Positions 1 through 7,920 of a DNA stretch of 32,000 bases are shown one piece after another. The stretch comes from Geotalea daltonii FRC-32 (GTDB lineage Bacteria; Desulfobacterota; Desulfuromonadia; Geobacterales; Geobacteraceae), in the NCBI RefSeq assembly GCF_000022265.1, contig NC_011979.1:3600001-3632000 (forward strand). Reading direction: 5' to 3'. The notes beneath the pieces were generated by a model, which saw nothing but the letters and a program-made list of their open reading frames with translations, was not told the origin of the DNA and ran no database searches. Numbering within the stretch: position 1 is the stretch's first letter; each line of letters opens with the position of its first letter. The position numbers were made by a program, and so were the translations under genes.

Positions 1-52
1 CCACGGCCTCAATGTGGATGATGTGGTCAAGGACCTGAACGCCATCTTCTAG
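1..52 (+). CDS. 3' end of an unidentified CDS entering from the left edge (...HGLNVDDVVKDLNAIF*)
   Basis: Frame 2 is open from the window edge to TAG at 50-52. A strong intrinsic terminator follows about 25 nt later. The fragment is too short to assign a family. Confidence 0.35.
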   Translation, partial: HGLNVDDVVKDLNAIF

Positions 53-75
53 ATCCGGGAAGCCACGCAATAATG

Positions 76-116
76 AAAAGCCGCCTTCAGCATCTGCTGA
101 CAGGCGGCTTTTTTTG
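76..116 (+). terminator. Rho-independent terminator
   Basis: Stem AAAAGCCGCCT / AGGCGGCTTTT with a roughly 15-nt loop, followed by a T7 run. Confidence 0.6.
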
Positions 117-241
117 TCCCTGCAATTTCTTACTGAATGGTTGCCGTGGCTTCCGGAGTGAGTGATCGTGTCGCAGCTGGCAGCGCCGAACGAACGGACG
201 AAGTCACGGCAGTCGTTCGTTTAGCGCCTACCTGCTCTCCT

Positions 242-1093
242 CTATTTCGTCTGCATGGTCAGCTTTTTCTGAGGCCAGCTGAAGGTCTCCCCCACCTGCA
301 GCACCTTGACGGTTGTACTGGGGCTGGTCTTTTTCATCTCGGCGATAAATTCTGGTGCAGTGCCGGTCAGGATAGGAAAGGTACCGAAATGCATGGGAAT
401 GGCCAGTTCAGGGTCAACCAGCCTTACCGCCATTGCTGCGCGGCGCGGCCCCATGGTGAAGCGGTCGCCGATGCAGACCATCATGATATCCACCTTACCG
501 AAATCTTTCACCAGCGTCATGTCGCTGAAAAGGTCGGTGTCACCGGTATGGTAAATGGTAGGGCCGTTCTTGATGCTGACCACCATCCCTCCCGGATTTC
601 CTGCGTATTGCAGCCCTTTAGGGTACTTACTGTCATCCGGGGGCTCAATGGACGAACTATGCAGGGCCTGAACGAAAGCTACCTTCACCTCTCCATCCAG
701 CAGGCTTATCTCTCCGCCGAAATTGCCGGTAGTAGGAAAGCCGAACTGCTTTTCGGGGAAGCCTCCATACTGCACCATCGCCTTGCCCAGATCGAAGGAT
801 GCCACCAGTTGGGCGCCGGTTTTCTTCGCGATTTCCGAACTGTCCCCCACATGGTCGAAGTGACCGTGGGTAACCATGATCAGATCAGCCTTTTTGATGG
901 CGGCGAGCACCTCTTTGCCCTTGCTGTTGGCCGGATTATTGATCCAGGGATCCATGTAGAGAACTTTACCCGTTGGAGTAGTAATCCTGAAAGCGGACTG
1001 GCCGTACCAGGTGATTTCAGTGGCCGGGGCAGCCAGGGCAGTAAAGGGAAGAAGGGCAAGAGTTAAAGTTATAATTAGTTGACGCAGCTTCAT
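242..1093 (-). CDS. Secreted MBL-fold metal-dependent hydrolase (UPF0173-like)
   Basis: The motif block [11 protein letters not shown]...DPW...[16 protein letters not shown] is typical of UPF0173 / beta-lactamase-fold hydrolases. I chose the start at ATG 1093 ([23 protein letters not shown], a signal-peptide-like N-terminus) because GGGAGGG lies 5-11 nt upstream. The longer ORF start at 1177 has no RBS. Confidence 0.85.
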   Translation of the reverse strand: MKLRQLIITLTLALLPFTALAAPATEITWYGQSAFRITTPTGKVLYMDPWINNPANSKGKEVLAAIKKADLIMVTHGHFDHVGDSSEIAKKTGAQLVASFDLGKAMVQYGGFPEKQFGFPTTGNFGGEISLLDGEVKVAFVQALHSSSIEPPDDSKYPKGLQYAGNPGGMVVSIKNGPTIYHTGDTDLFSDMTLVKDFGKVDIMMVCIGDRFTMGPRRAAMAVRLVDPELAIPMHFGTFPILTGTAPEFIAEMKKTSPSTTVKVLQVGETFSWPQKKLTMQTK

Positions 1094-1126
1094 TGTGTCC
1101 CTCCCGTATCTTTTATTGAGGCCGGT

Positions 1127-1155
1127 AGCATAAGCTGTGGAACTTTTCACGTCAA
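1127..1155 (-). promoter_or_regulatory. Candidate sigma-70 promoter of the hydrolase gene
   Basis: The minus strand reads TTGACG - 17 nt - TATGCT, about 35 nt upstream of the ATG at 1093. Confidence 0.35.
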
Positions 1156-1211
1156 TAATTTTATTAATGACATGCAAGCAAGAGAAATCAAATTTGCCCC
1201 CATGATCAATG

Positions 1212-1255
1212 GAAAAAGCCGCCTGTCACGACTATGGTGACAAAAGCGGCTTTTG
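1212..1255 (-). terminator. Intrinsic terminator ending the glutamate-synthase-like operon (hairpin is flanked by T runs on both strands)
   Basis: The minus strand reads GCCGCTTTTGTCAC-loop-GTGACAGGCGGC followed by TTTTT. It lies about 25 nt after the stop at 1280. Confidence 0.6.
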
Positions 1256-1279
1256 TAAGCAGGCTGCAGACAGCTAATA

Positions 1280-2026
1280 TTATCTGGGCATCGGACAGTA
1301 CATGTTGCCGTATGGGCGCTTGCTCTTCGGCAATACCTTGACGAACTTCTCCTTCAGGAGCTCCTTTAGGTCCAGCTTGAAATCGGCGCTGTATTCCTTG
1401 AGATACCCTTCCAGCTCCTTCTTGTCCTCGGCGGTCAGGTCGCAAACGCCCACCTCCGGTGAGAGTTTGCTTTCGTCCACGCCACCCCTGACGAAAATAA
1501 CGCCACCATGCATACCGGTGCCGAAACGAAAACCGTGCTTGGCCTTGTCGGGACTGTCGGTGAACATGCCGAGCAGAATCAGCACGCCGCCGGCCATGTA
1601 CTCTCCGAAGAAGTCTCCTGCCTTGCCGCCGGCGATGAGAACCGGCTTATTCTCATGGTAGGATTTCATGTGGATGCCGACTCGGTAACCTACATCCTTC
1701 AAAATATGAATGCGACCGCCACGCATGCCGTAGCCGAGAACGTCGCCGGCATGACCATGGACAATTACCCGGCCGGCATTCATGGTGTTGCCGATGTTAT
1801 CCTGGGCATTGTCCTTGACGACGATGGTCGCCCCATTCATGAAAGCCCCCAGGTCGTTGCCGGGAACGCCGTTGATGGTGATGGTCACTGGTTTGTTGAT
1901 GCCGTCGCCGATAAAATACTGGCCGTTGACGTTGTCCAACTGCAGCTTGTCGGCCCCTGCAGCAACCGCTTCGCGGATCTTGATGTTCAGATCTCGATAA
2001 TATACGCCGTTAGCGTCGATCTTCAT
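1280..2026 (-). CDS. Glutamate synthase GXGXG-domain subunit (GltB3-like, alpha-subunit C-terminal domain homologue)
   Basis: Repeated beta-helix Gly motifs are present (GVPGNDLGAFMNG, VHGHAGDVLGYGMRGG, GGKAGDFFGEYMAGG). The RBS AAGGAGTG precedes the ATG. It is the last gene of the operon. Confidence 0.85.
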   Translation of the reverse strand: MKIDANGVYYRDLNIKIREAVAAGADKLQLDNVNGQYFIGDGINKPVTITINGVPGNDLGAFMNGATIVVKDNAQDNIGNTMNAGRVIVHGHAGDVLGYGMRGGRIHILKDVGYRVGIHMKSYHENKPVLIAGGKAGDFFGEYMAGGVLILLGMFTDSPDKAKHGFRFGTGMHGGVIFVRGGVDESKLSPEVGVCDLTAEDKKELEGYLKEYSADFKLDLKELLKEKFVKVLPKSKRPYGNMYCPMPR

Positions 2027-2042
2027 TTCTCACTCCTTAAAA

Positions 2043-2100
2043 AAGTTCGAGGTTCGGGGTTCGAGGTAACGTCGAACTTCGAACTCCGAACTTCGAACCT
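2043..2100 (-). repeat. Intercistronic palindrome built from heptad TTCGA units, followed by a T6 run (minus sense)
   Basis: GTTCGAG GTTCGGG GTTCGAG gtaacg TCGAACT TCGAACT CCGAACT TCGAACC. It lies between the stop at 2100-2102 and the RBS/ATG at 2026. Confidence 0.55.
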
Positions 2101-3206
2101 TAAATATTCAGCTTTGCCACCACCGGTTCGCCGCCGCGGGGAGACCAGACATAATCGGGTGCAGGGCAGATCTCACGAATAGCCGCCTCTTCCGAAGCCA
2201 TGTAGACGAAATCATCCTTGGTGGCACAGACCAGCGGCCGCAGCTTTACCCGGTCGTTAAGGCCGATCAGACCTTCGTTGCTGGCAAAGAGGATGGCAAA
2301 GGGACCATTGAGGAGGCCACTGCCGTATACCTGGCGAATGGCGGTAAGCAGCTGGCGGTCATCTTCTGGCAATCGGTCGATCATGTCCCAGAAAGGGGCG
2401 GCCAGGGCCATGCTGGCAAGTTCCGGAGTCAGACCGTGCTTGCGGATGAGCAGGTCGAGCATGTAGGCGACAACCTCGGTATCGGTGAGCATGGTGCAGA
2501 GATAGCCGTACATCTCCAGGTAACGCTTGTTGATGCCATAGGAGGAAATCTCGCCGTTGTGGACGATGGACCAGTCCAAAAGCGTAAAGGGATGAGCACC
2601 GCCCCACCAGCCCGGAGTGTTGGTGGGAAAACGATTGTGGGCGGTCCAGATGTAGCCCTTGTACTCCTCCAGGCGGAAGAAATCGGCAATTTCTTCCGGA
2701 TAGCCTACCCCTTTGAATGCCCCCATGTTCTTGCCGGAGGAAACGACGAAGGCCCCTTCGATCTCGTTATTGATGCGCATCACATGGCCGACGATGACAT
2801 CTTCAACGGTCATGTTCTGGAACTCGATGGCCTCTTTGTAATCGGCGGTCTCCAGCGGTTTGACGAAATAGCGCTTGAACGCCGGCGGATTGGCAATGGC
2901 GGCAACACGCCTGGTAGGGATTTCTTCCTGGTGCTCGACGAAAAAGTGCTGCTCCAGGTACTCCTCGGTCAACTCCAGGGCAAGACCGCTTTCGTACATG
3001 AGGTGAAAGGCATAGAAGTCCTTGAAGTCGGGATAGATGCCGTAAGCGGCAAAGCCGCCCCCAAGGCCGTTGCCCCGGTCATGCATGAGGGAGATGGACT
3101 TGATGATCACATCCCCTTCCACCAATTGCCCCGATTTGGAGATGAAGCCGGTCAGGCCGCAGTTGGAGATATCTTTCTGAAATATATGGGTAGGTTTCAT
3201 TTTCAT
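2100..3206 (-). CDS. Class-II (Ntn) glutamine amidotransferase subunit (GltB1-like)
   Basis: There is a short propeptide and then the nucleophile Cys (..ISNCGLTGF). The motifs HDRGNGLGGGFA and HNRFPTNT/GAHPF are typical of GATase-2. The RBS GGAGGA lies upstream. Confidence 0.85.
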   Translation of the reverse strand: MKMKPTHIFQKDISNCGLTGFISKSGQLVEGDVIIKSISLMHDRGNGLGGGFAAYGIYPDFKDFYAFHLMYESGLALELTEEYLEQHFFVEHQEEIPTRRVAAIANPPAFKRYFVKPLETADYKEAIEFQNMTVEDVIVGHVMRINNEIEGAFVVSSGKNMGAFKGVGYPEEIADFFRLEEYKGYIWTAHNRFPTNTPGWWGGAHPFTLLDWSIVHNGEISSYGINKRYLEMYGYLCTMLTDTEVVAYMLDLLIRKHGLTPELASMALAAPFWDMIDRLPEDDRQLLTAIRQVYGSGLLNGPFAILFASNEGLIGLNDRVKLRPLVCATKDDFVYMASEEAAIREICPAPDYVWSPRGGEPVVAKLNI

Positions 3207-3223
3207 TCTTGGTAATCCTCCGG

Positions 3224-4501
3224 TTAGGCTACTTTCCCTTGCGGCGCAAACAGGGTGCTGCGAATCTCTCTGGTCAGGTGGGCAAAACCGAAATCCACCG
3301 CCAGAAGCTTGTCCTTGAATGGCGCAACGTCGATCTTCTCCCGCACAAGTCCGGCAAAGATGCCGGCCCGATCAACGGCGCCCACCAGAACGGCGCCGAC
3401 AAGAATATTGTCCTTGAGGACGATCTTGCGGTACTGGTAGTTCTCCTGGTCAAGATAAGTCAGAATCTCGAATTCCTTCTCATCCTGGGGATTGGTGATA
3501 CCCATGGAAATGGTCGGCACCTTGAACAGCTCGATGGAGTTCATGGCCAGTCCGCCCACATACCCCTTTTCACTGCCGGTCATGGCAGCGCCGGCCACGT
3601 CTCCCTGAATGTATGCATCGGGCCAGATGGGCATGGGGTTCTTGCTTTTTGAAAAGAAATCACTAGCTTCAGCAACGTCACCCGCGGCAAAAATGCCCTT
3701 TACCGAAGTTTCCATGCGGTCGTCGACAATTACTCCCCGATTTACTTCGATGCCGCTCCCCTTGAGGAATGAGGCGGCTGGACGAACGCCGATGGCAACG
3801 ATAACCGTATCGCAGGGAATGAAATCGCCGGATTTGAGGGTAACGCCGGTGATATCCCTTCCCTCCCCCTCGATCTTCACCACCGTATCCTCGGTGATGA
3901 CGTCGATGCCGTTGGCCTTCATCTTCTTCGCTACAATGCGGCCGGCGGTACGGTCAAAGGCTGCTGAGAGGATGCGATCGGCCAGTTCGACTATGGTTAC
4001 CTTCTTATCCAGCTGGTAAAGCCCTTCGGCGGCCTTGAGGCCGATAAGCCCGCCACCGATGACAACGACACGCCGGATATCATAGGAAAGAGCCTTGAGC
4101 TTAGCCGCATCATCCCAGGTGGTGAAGGTAAAAATCTTTTCTTTGCCCTGCAGCCCGTCAATGGGAGGGACGAAGGGATCACCGCCGGTGGCAATGAGGA
4201 GTTTGTCGAAGGGAATGGTCTCACCGCCAGCAAGCTTCACCTGTTTTTTGCCACTGTCGACGGCAACGACTTCAGCGCCTAACCGGATGTTTGCCTGGTT
4301 CTTTTCATAGAAGTCTTCCGGCAGGTAGGCCATTTTTTTGTCGGTTATGGTGCCGCCAAGGAGGTAAGAAATCAGAGGGCGGCCGTAAGCAATGCGATTT
4401 TCCCTGGAGAGCACCGTTATTGTTCCATTGGCGTCATGGTTGCGGATGCCTCTGATGGCGCCGACTGCGGCAACCGAATTGCCGATGATGACATAGTTCA
4501 T
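3224..4501 (-). CDS. FAD/NAD(P)-dependent pyridine nucleotide-disulfide family oxidoreductase
   Basis: MNYVIIGNSVAAVGA is a GxGxxA dinucleotide fold. A second Rossmann motif VVVIGGGLIGLKAAE is present, as is GIFAAGDVAE. I chose the start at ATG 4501, which overlaps the upstream stop as ATGA (translational coupling). The 14-codon extension in the ORF track overlaps the ferredoxin gene. Confidence 0.85.
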   Translation of the reverse strand: MNYVIIGNSVAAVGAIRGIRNHDANGTITVLSRENRIAYGRPLISYLLGGTITDKKMAYLPEDFYEKNQANIRLGAEVVAVDSGKKQVKLAGGETIPFDKLLIATGGDPFVPPIDGLQGKEKIFTFTTWDDAAKLKALSYDIRRVVVIGGGLIGLKAAEGLYQLDKKVTIVELADRILSAAFDRTAGRIVAKKMKANGIDVITEDTVVKIEGEGRDITGVTLKSGDFIPCDTVIVAIGVRPAASFLKGSGIEVNRGVIVDDRMETSVKGIFAAGDVAEASDFFSKSKNPMPIWPDAYIQGDVAGAAMTGSEKGYVGGLAMNSIELFKVPTISMGITNPQDEKEFEILTYLDQENYQYRKIVLKDNILVGAVLVGAVDRAGIFAGLVREKIDVAPFKDKLLAVDFGFAHLTREIRSTLFAPQGKVA

Positions 4502-4962
4502 TTCTGGCTCCCCTCCTTGTAAACGAGGGCCCGGTTGGGGCATGCGTCAACACAGGCCGGGCTCTGCCGATCGGGGCAAAGATCACATTTATTGCCCTTC
4601 TTTTTGTTCAGGTTACGCTGAACCGCTCCATAGGGACAAGCCATGACACAGGACCAGCAACCGACACATTTATCCGTGTCCATTAACACCCTGCCGTCAT
4701 CCAGTTTCTGAATGGCGCCGGAGATGCAGGCCCTGAGGCAATCGGGCTCGTCACAGTGGCGGCAGTTTGTGGAAAACGACACCACTCCGCTGTCAATCTC
4801 CTCCACCGTACAGCGCGCGATGGGACGCTCAGGCTCATGGAGAAAAGCCTTGATGGGATCTTTCGATTTTGAGTGCTCGGTAATGCAGGCCACCTCGCAG
4901 AGATGGCAACCGATACAGGCGTCTTCGATGCTATAGATTCGTTTCATTGCTTTATCCTTCAT
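4498..4962 (-). CDS. 4Fe-4S dicluster ferredoxin-domain protein
   Basis: It has the motifs CIGCHLCEVAC and CVGCWSCVMACP plus additional Cys clusters. An alternative start, ATG 4947 (MKRIYS...), has the better RBS (AAGGA, 7-nt spacer). Confidence 0.8.
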   Translation of the reverse strand: MKDKAMKRIYSIEDACIGCHLCEVACITEHSKSKDPIKAFLHEPERPIARCTVEEIDSGVVSFSTNCRHCDEPDCLRACISGAIQKLDDGRVLMDTDKCVGCWSCVMACPYGAVQRNLNKKKGNKCDLCPDRQSPACVDACPNRALVYKEGSQK

Positions 4963-4995
4963 GGTTCAGAGGATTAAATAGTTGCGTTTCCGGCT

Positions 4996-6525
4996 TTATT
5001 CACCGGCCGGCATGACACCCAAAAGGTTCATATCCTTTTCGGAAAGTCCGACCGCCCGCAGCTTGTAGCGGTTGCCACGCAGGGACTCCAGGGCATTCAG
5101 CCCCATGCCGCCGAGAATTTCCTTCATCTCGTGACCCCAGGCGTGAACCAGGTTGACGAGCTTTTCGGCACCGACTTCCGGATTGAGGCGCTTGGCCAAA
5201 TAGGGGTCGTTGGTGGTGATCCCCCAGGGACACTTGCCGGTGTAGCAGCGTTGGCAGAGGGTACAGCCCATGGCGAGCAGTGTCGAGGTCCCCAGGTTGA
5301 TGGCATCGGCACCAAGGGCGATGGCCTTGATGGCGTCGCCCGAGTTCCTCACCCCGCCGCCGACGACGATGGAAACCTGGTTCCTGATCCCCTCGTCGCG
5401 CAACCGGGAATCGACTGCAGCCAGGGCCAATTCCATGGGAATACCCACGTTGTCACGTATAACCTGGGGTGCGGCACCTGTACCCCCGCGGAAACCGTCG
5501 ATGGTAATGATGTCTGCACCGGCCCTGGCAATACCGGAAGCAATGGCCGCCACGTGATGAACTGCAGCAATCTTGACCGAGACAGGCTTCTCGTAATTGG
5601 TTGCCTCTTTCAGGGCGAAGATCAGCTGGCGCAGGTCTTCTATTGAATATATATCATGGTGCGGCGCTGGAGAGATGGCGTCTGAGCCCATGGGTATCAT
5701 GCGGGTTTCGGAGATCTGGTCATTGACCTTTTCTCCGGGCAGATGACCGCCGATACCAGGTTTGGCGCCCTGCCCCACCTTGATCTCGATGCCGACACCG
5801 GCATTCAGGTACTGCTCGCTGACACCGAAACGCCCGGAAGCAACCTGGACGATGACATTCTTGCCGTATTTATACAGATCCTTGTGCAAACCGCCTTCGC
5901 CGGTGTTATAGATGGTTCCCAGTTCCTGGGCGGCGGCAGCCATGGCCCGGTGCGCGTTGAGATTCAAGGCGCCATAGCTCATGGCAGAGAAGATAAAAGG
6001 ATATTCAAGCTTGAGCTGGGGTGAAAGCTTGGTCTTCAGCGTCGGCTTGCCCGTCTTCTTGTCCTGGACAACTTCTATGGAATGGGGCTTTTTCCCCAGG
6101 TAGGTGCGCAGCTCCATGGGCTCCCGCAATGGGTCGATAGAGGGATTGGTAACCTGCGATGCATCCAGCAGCATATGATCCCAATAAATGGGATATTTGG
6201 CCGGATTGCCCATGGCGGCAAGGAGAATACCGCCGGTATCGGCCTGGGCATAGAGATTGCGGATATGGGCAGTGGACCAGGACTCGTTTTTCTTGAAAAC
6301 TTCCTCGTTGGACCGGATGGTGATGGCGCCGGTCGGGCAGAGGGCCGAGCAGCGGCGACAGCCGATACAGCTGGTATTATCCTCAATCAGGACATTATCT
6401 TGTTCCACATACGAATGGACCCCATAAGAACACTGACGGACACAGACCTTGCAGCGAATGCACTTGGCATCGCTCCTGTCGATAACAAATTCGTTGAATG
6501 ACTCGTTGACAGTTTTGTAAAGCAC
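4996..6525 (-). CDS. Glutamate synthase FMN/Fe-S domain subunit (GltB2-like) with N-terminal 2x[4Fe-4S] ferredoxin domain
   Basis: CIRCKVCVRQC and CIGCRRCSALCP are followed by the GOGAT domain-2 motifs (MSYGAL, GEGG, QGAKPG.GGHLPG, IDG..GGTGAAP). I chose the start at GTG 6525, which is preceded by GGGAGG with a 5-nt spacer. The ORF-track start at 6603 lies inside the candidate sigma-54 promoter. Confidence 0.85.
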   Translation of the reverse strand: MLYKTVNESFNEFVIDRSDAKCIRCKVCVRQCSYGVHSYVEQDNVLIEDNTSCIGCRRCSALCPTGAITIRSNEEVFKKNESWSTAHIRNLYAQADTGGILLAAMGNPAKYPIYWDHMLLDASQVTNPSIDPLREPMELRTYLGKKPHSIEVVQDKKTGKPTLKTKLSPQLKLEYPFIFSAMSYGALNLNAHRAMAAAAQELGTIYNTGEGGLHKDLYKYGKNVIVQVASGRFGVSEQYLNAGVGIEIKVGQGAKPGIGGHLPGEKVNDQISETRMIPMGSDAISPAPHHDIYSIEDLRQLIFALKEATNYEKPVSVKIAAVHHVAAIASGIARAGADIITIDGFRGGTGAAPQVIRDNVGIPMELALAAVDSRLRDEGIRNQVSIVVGGGVRNSGDAIKAIALGADAINLGTSTLLAMGCTLCQRCYTGKCPWGITTNDPYLAKRLNPEVGAEKLVNLVHAWGHEMKEILGGMGLNALESLRGNRYKLRAVGLSEKDMNLLGVMPAGE

Positions 6526-6585
6526 CTTGACCTCCCGAAACCAGGTACAGCGGATATACATGGGGCAGCTGTTTCGGCTATCTAT

Positions 6586-6602
6586 ATGCCAGATCCATGC
6601 CA
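6586..6602 (-). promoter_or_regulatory. Candidate sigma-54 (-24/-12) promoter of the glutamate-synthase-like operon
   Basis: The minus strand reads TGGCATGGATCTGGCAT, against the consensus TGGCACG-N4-TTGCW. The GG and GC dinucleotides have the canonical spacing. The site lies about 60 nt upstream of the GTG start. Confidence 0.45.
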
Positions 6603-6875
6603 CCCAACATTCACCCGTGCTAACCCTGCGTAACTAGCGATTTTAGCAGCACCCACCCTTAAAACCCTATTAATAATTTACCAGTAACTCGACAATCATC
6701 CAATAAATATGAGTAACAGCATTACATAAATAATTTACTTTTTCTACACCTTACATAGGAAACGGTAAATGCAACACCAGAACGACATATCTCCAAACCT
6801 GCCATAATAAATTTGCCTTGGGTGGCTGGAGATGGTATTAATCGCAGCGATCAAAATAATTTACGGGGAACAGAT

Positions 6876-7196
6876 ATGCTGACAGGAAAACAGAAGAGAT
6901 TTCTCAGGGGGTTGGGACACCCTCTGAAGGCGGTCATTACCATCGGCAAAGGCGAGATTAATGAGTCCCTGATCAGGGAAACAATGGAAGCCCTTGCCGC
7001 ACACGAATTGATCAAGGTTAAAATACTGGAGAGTTGCCTTTTGGACAGATATGAAGCTGCTGCCGAACTTGCCGGATCATGCGGTGCCGAGGTTGCTCAA
7101 GTGTTGGGCAGAACCTTTCTGCTCTATAAGAAAGCCGACAAGCCAGCCATAGAGCTTCCCTCGGAAAAAGCCGCAAAAAAACCTTCCCGCAGATAA
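6876..7196 (+). CDS. yhbY: Ribosome-assembly RNA-binding protein YhbY (CRM domain)
   Basis: MLTGKQKRFLRGLGHPLKAVITIGKGEINESL...ELIKVKIL is the YhbY signature. The ATG at 6876 has GGGGAA upstream. The ORF-track start is a TTG further upstream with no support. Confidence 0.85.
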   Translation: MLTGKQKRFLRGLGHPLKAVITIGKGEINESLIRETMEALAAHELIKVKILESCLLDRYEAAAELAGSCGAEVAQVLGRTFLLYKKADKPAIELPSEKAAKKPSRR

Positions 7197-7203
7197 AGAT
7201 CAT

Positions 7204-7240
7204 AAAAAAGGGCGAGGAGAAAAACCTCCCCGCCCTTTTA
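7204..7240. terminator. Bidirectional intrinsic terminator between convergent yhbY and the 7263-7832 gene
   Basis: A6-GGGCGAGGAG-loop-CTCCCCGCCC-TTTT. The hairpin has U-runs in both senses. Confidence 0.6.
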
Positions 7241-7262
7241 ATCAGATTATACAGATGTCCAG

Positions 7263-7832
7263 TTAGTCCTCATGCCGCCCATGCTTCCGCTCGTGCTTTT
7301 CCCACTTGCGTTCTTCCTTTTCCCACTTGCGCTCTTCCTTCATACGCTCGCGCTCTTCCTTACGATGCTCTTTTATTTCATGCTTGTCGGGACGGAAGTG
7401 CCTTCCACGATAATGATCGCCATCCCCACGGTAGCGTCGGTACTCTTCATCCCTGACATAGCGGATTCTTTCAAATTTGTGGCGACGGAGTCCCTGAGGA
7501 AGCCTGCGATACGAAGTAGCTACCCACGGTCCGTTATAACGGGGAGAACGATACCAGGTGTTGTCGCGGTATACATAGTAAGTATTGGAGATATAGAACA
7601 TGTCGTAGGGGATACCCACTGCCACATAAAAACCTAGAGCTGACGGAATGATGAACTCGGGTGGTTCTTCTACGAAAATGGGAACGGGTGCCGGTGAAGG
7701 AACGACCACTGTTGCCGGCTGCCTGCCACCGCCATTTCCGATGTTGATGTTCATGTCGAAGCCGACATTTGCCAAAACAGGCTGTGCAGACAAAATTGCT
7801 GCCATCATCGGCACTAAAAGCAGTTTTTTCAT
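7263..7832 (-). CDS. Secreted hypothetical protein with Tyr/Trp-rich core and highly charged Lys/Glu/Arg/His C-terminal tail
   Basis: It has a signal peptide (MKKLLLVPMMAAILSAQPVLA) and the RBS GGAGAT. The C-terminus reads ...ERMKEERKWEKEERKWEKHERKHGRHED. I recognise no family. A GEMM-I riboswitch precedes it. Confidence 0.7.
   Translation of the reverse strand: MKKLLLVPMMAAILSAQPVLANVGFDMNINIGNGGGRQPATVVVPSPAPVPIFVEEPPEFIIPSALGFYVAVGIPYDMFYISNTYYVYRDNTWYRSPRYNGPWVATSYRRLPQGLRRHKFERIRYVRDEEYRRYRGDGDHYRGRHFRPDKHEIKEHRKEERERMKEERKWEKEERKWEKHERKHGRHED
7299..7361. repeat. In-frame 21-nt tandem repeat (2 near-identical units plus a degenerate third) inside the CDS
   Basis: TTCCCACTTGCGTTCTTCCTT / TTCCCACTTGCGCTCTTCCTT / catacgctcGCGCTCTTCCTT. 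The repeat encodes the (E)ERKWEK repeats. Confidence 0.8.
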
Positions 7833-7860
7833 ACCATATCTCCTTTCAATTTGCCGGACC

Positions 7861-7920
7861 TGAAAATAGAAACAGCCGGGACCGGATATCTATAATTGAT
7901 ATTTCGGCAACCCGGCTGTC
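7861..7920 (-). terminator. Riboswitch expression platform: intrinsic terminator sharing its 5' arm with the aptamer 3' strand
   Basis: ACAGCCGGG (7919-7911) pairs with CCCGGCUGU (7880-7872). An inner stem CCGAAAUAUC/GAUAUCCGG is present. UUCUAUUUU follows, and the RBS/ATG lie about 25 nt downstream. Confidence 0.7.

Noticed and set aside
137-1066. 309-aa + strand ORF
   Set aside because: It lies entirely antisense to the well-supported MBL hydrolase gene. It has no RBS, low-complexity Gly/Arg/His-rich content and no recognisable motif, so it is a shadow ORF.
2043-2100. Possible CRISPR-like or microsatellite array from the repeated TTCGA heptads
   Set aside because: It is only 58 bp long, has no spacers, and is organised as a palindrome. 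It is an intercistronic hairpin and not a CRISPR array.
2436-3215. 259-aa + strand ORF, and the similar long antisense ORFs 1508-2182, 5131-5646 and 6082-6501
   Set aside because: These lie opposite the glutamate-synthase-like genes, which carry clear catalytic motifs. The composition is typical of reverse-frame translation of GC-rich genes.
6526-6603. 26-codon N-terminal extension of the FMN/Fe-S subunit (MAWIWHIDSRNSCPMYIRCTWFREVK)
   Set aside because: It has no RBS and overlaps the candidate -24/-12 promoter. The GTG at 6525 has a strong GGGAGG RBS and gives an N-terminus that begins just before the ferredoxin Cys motifs.
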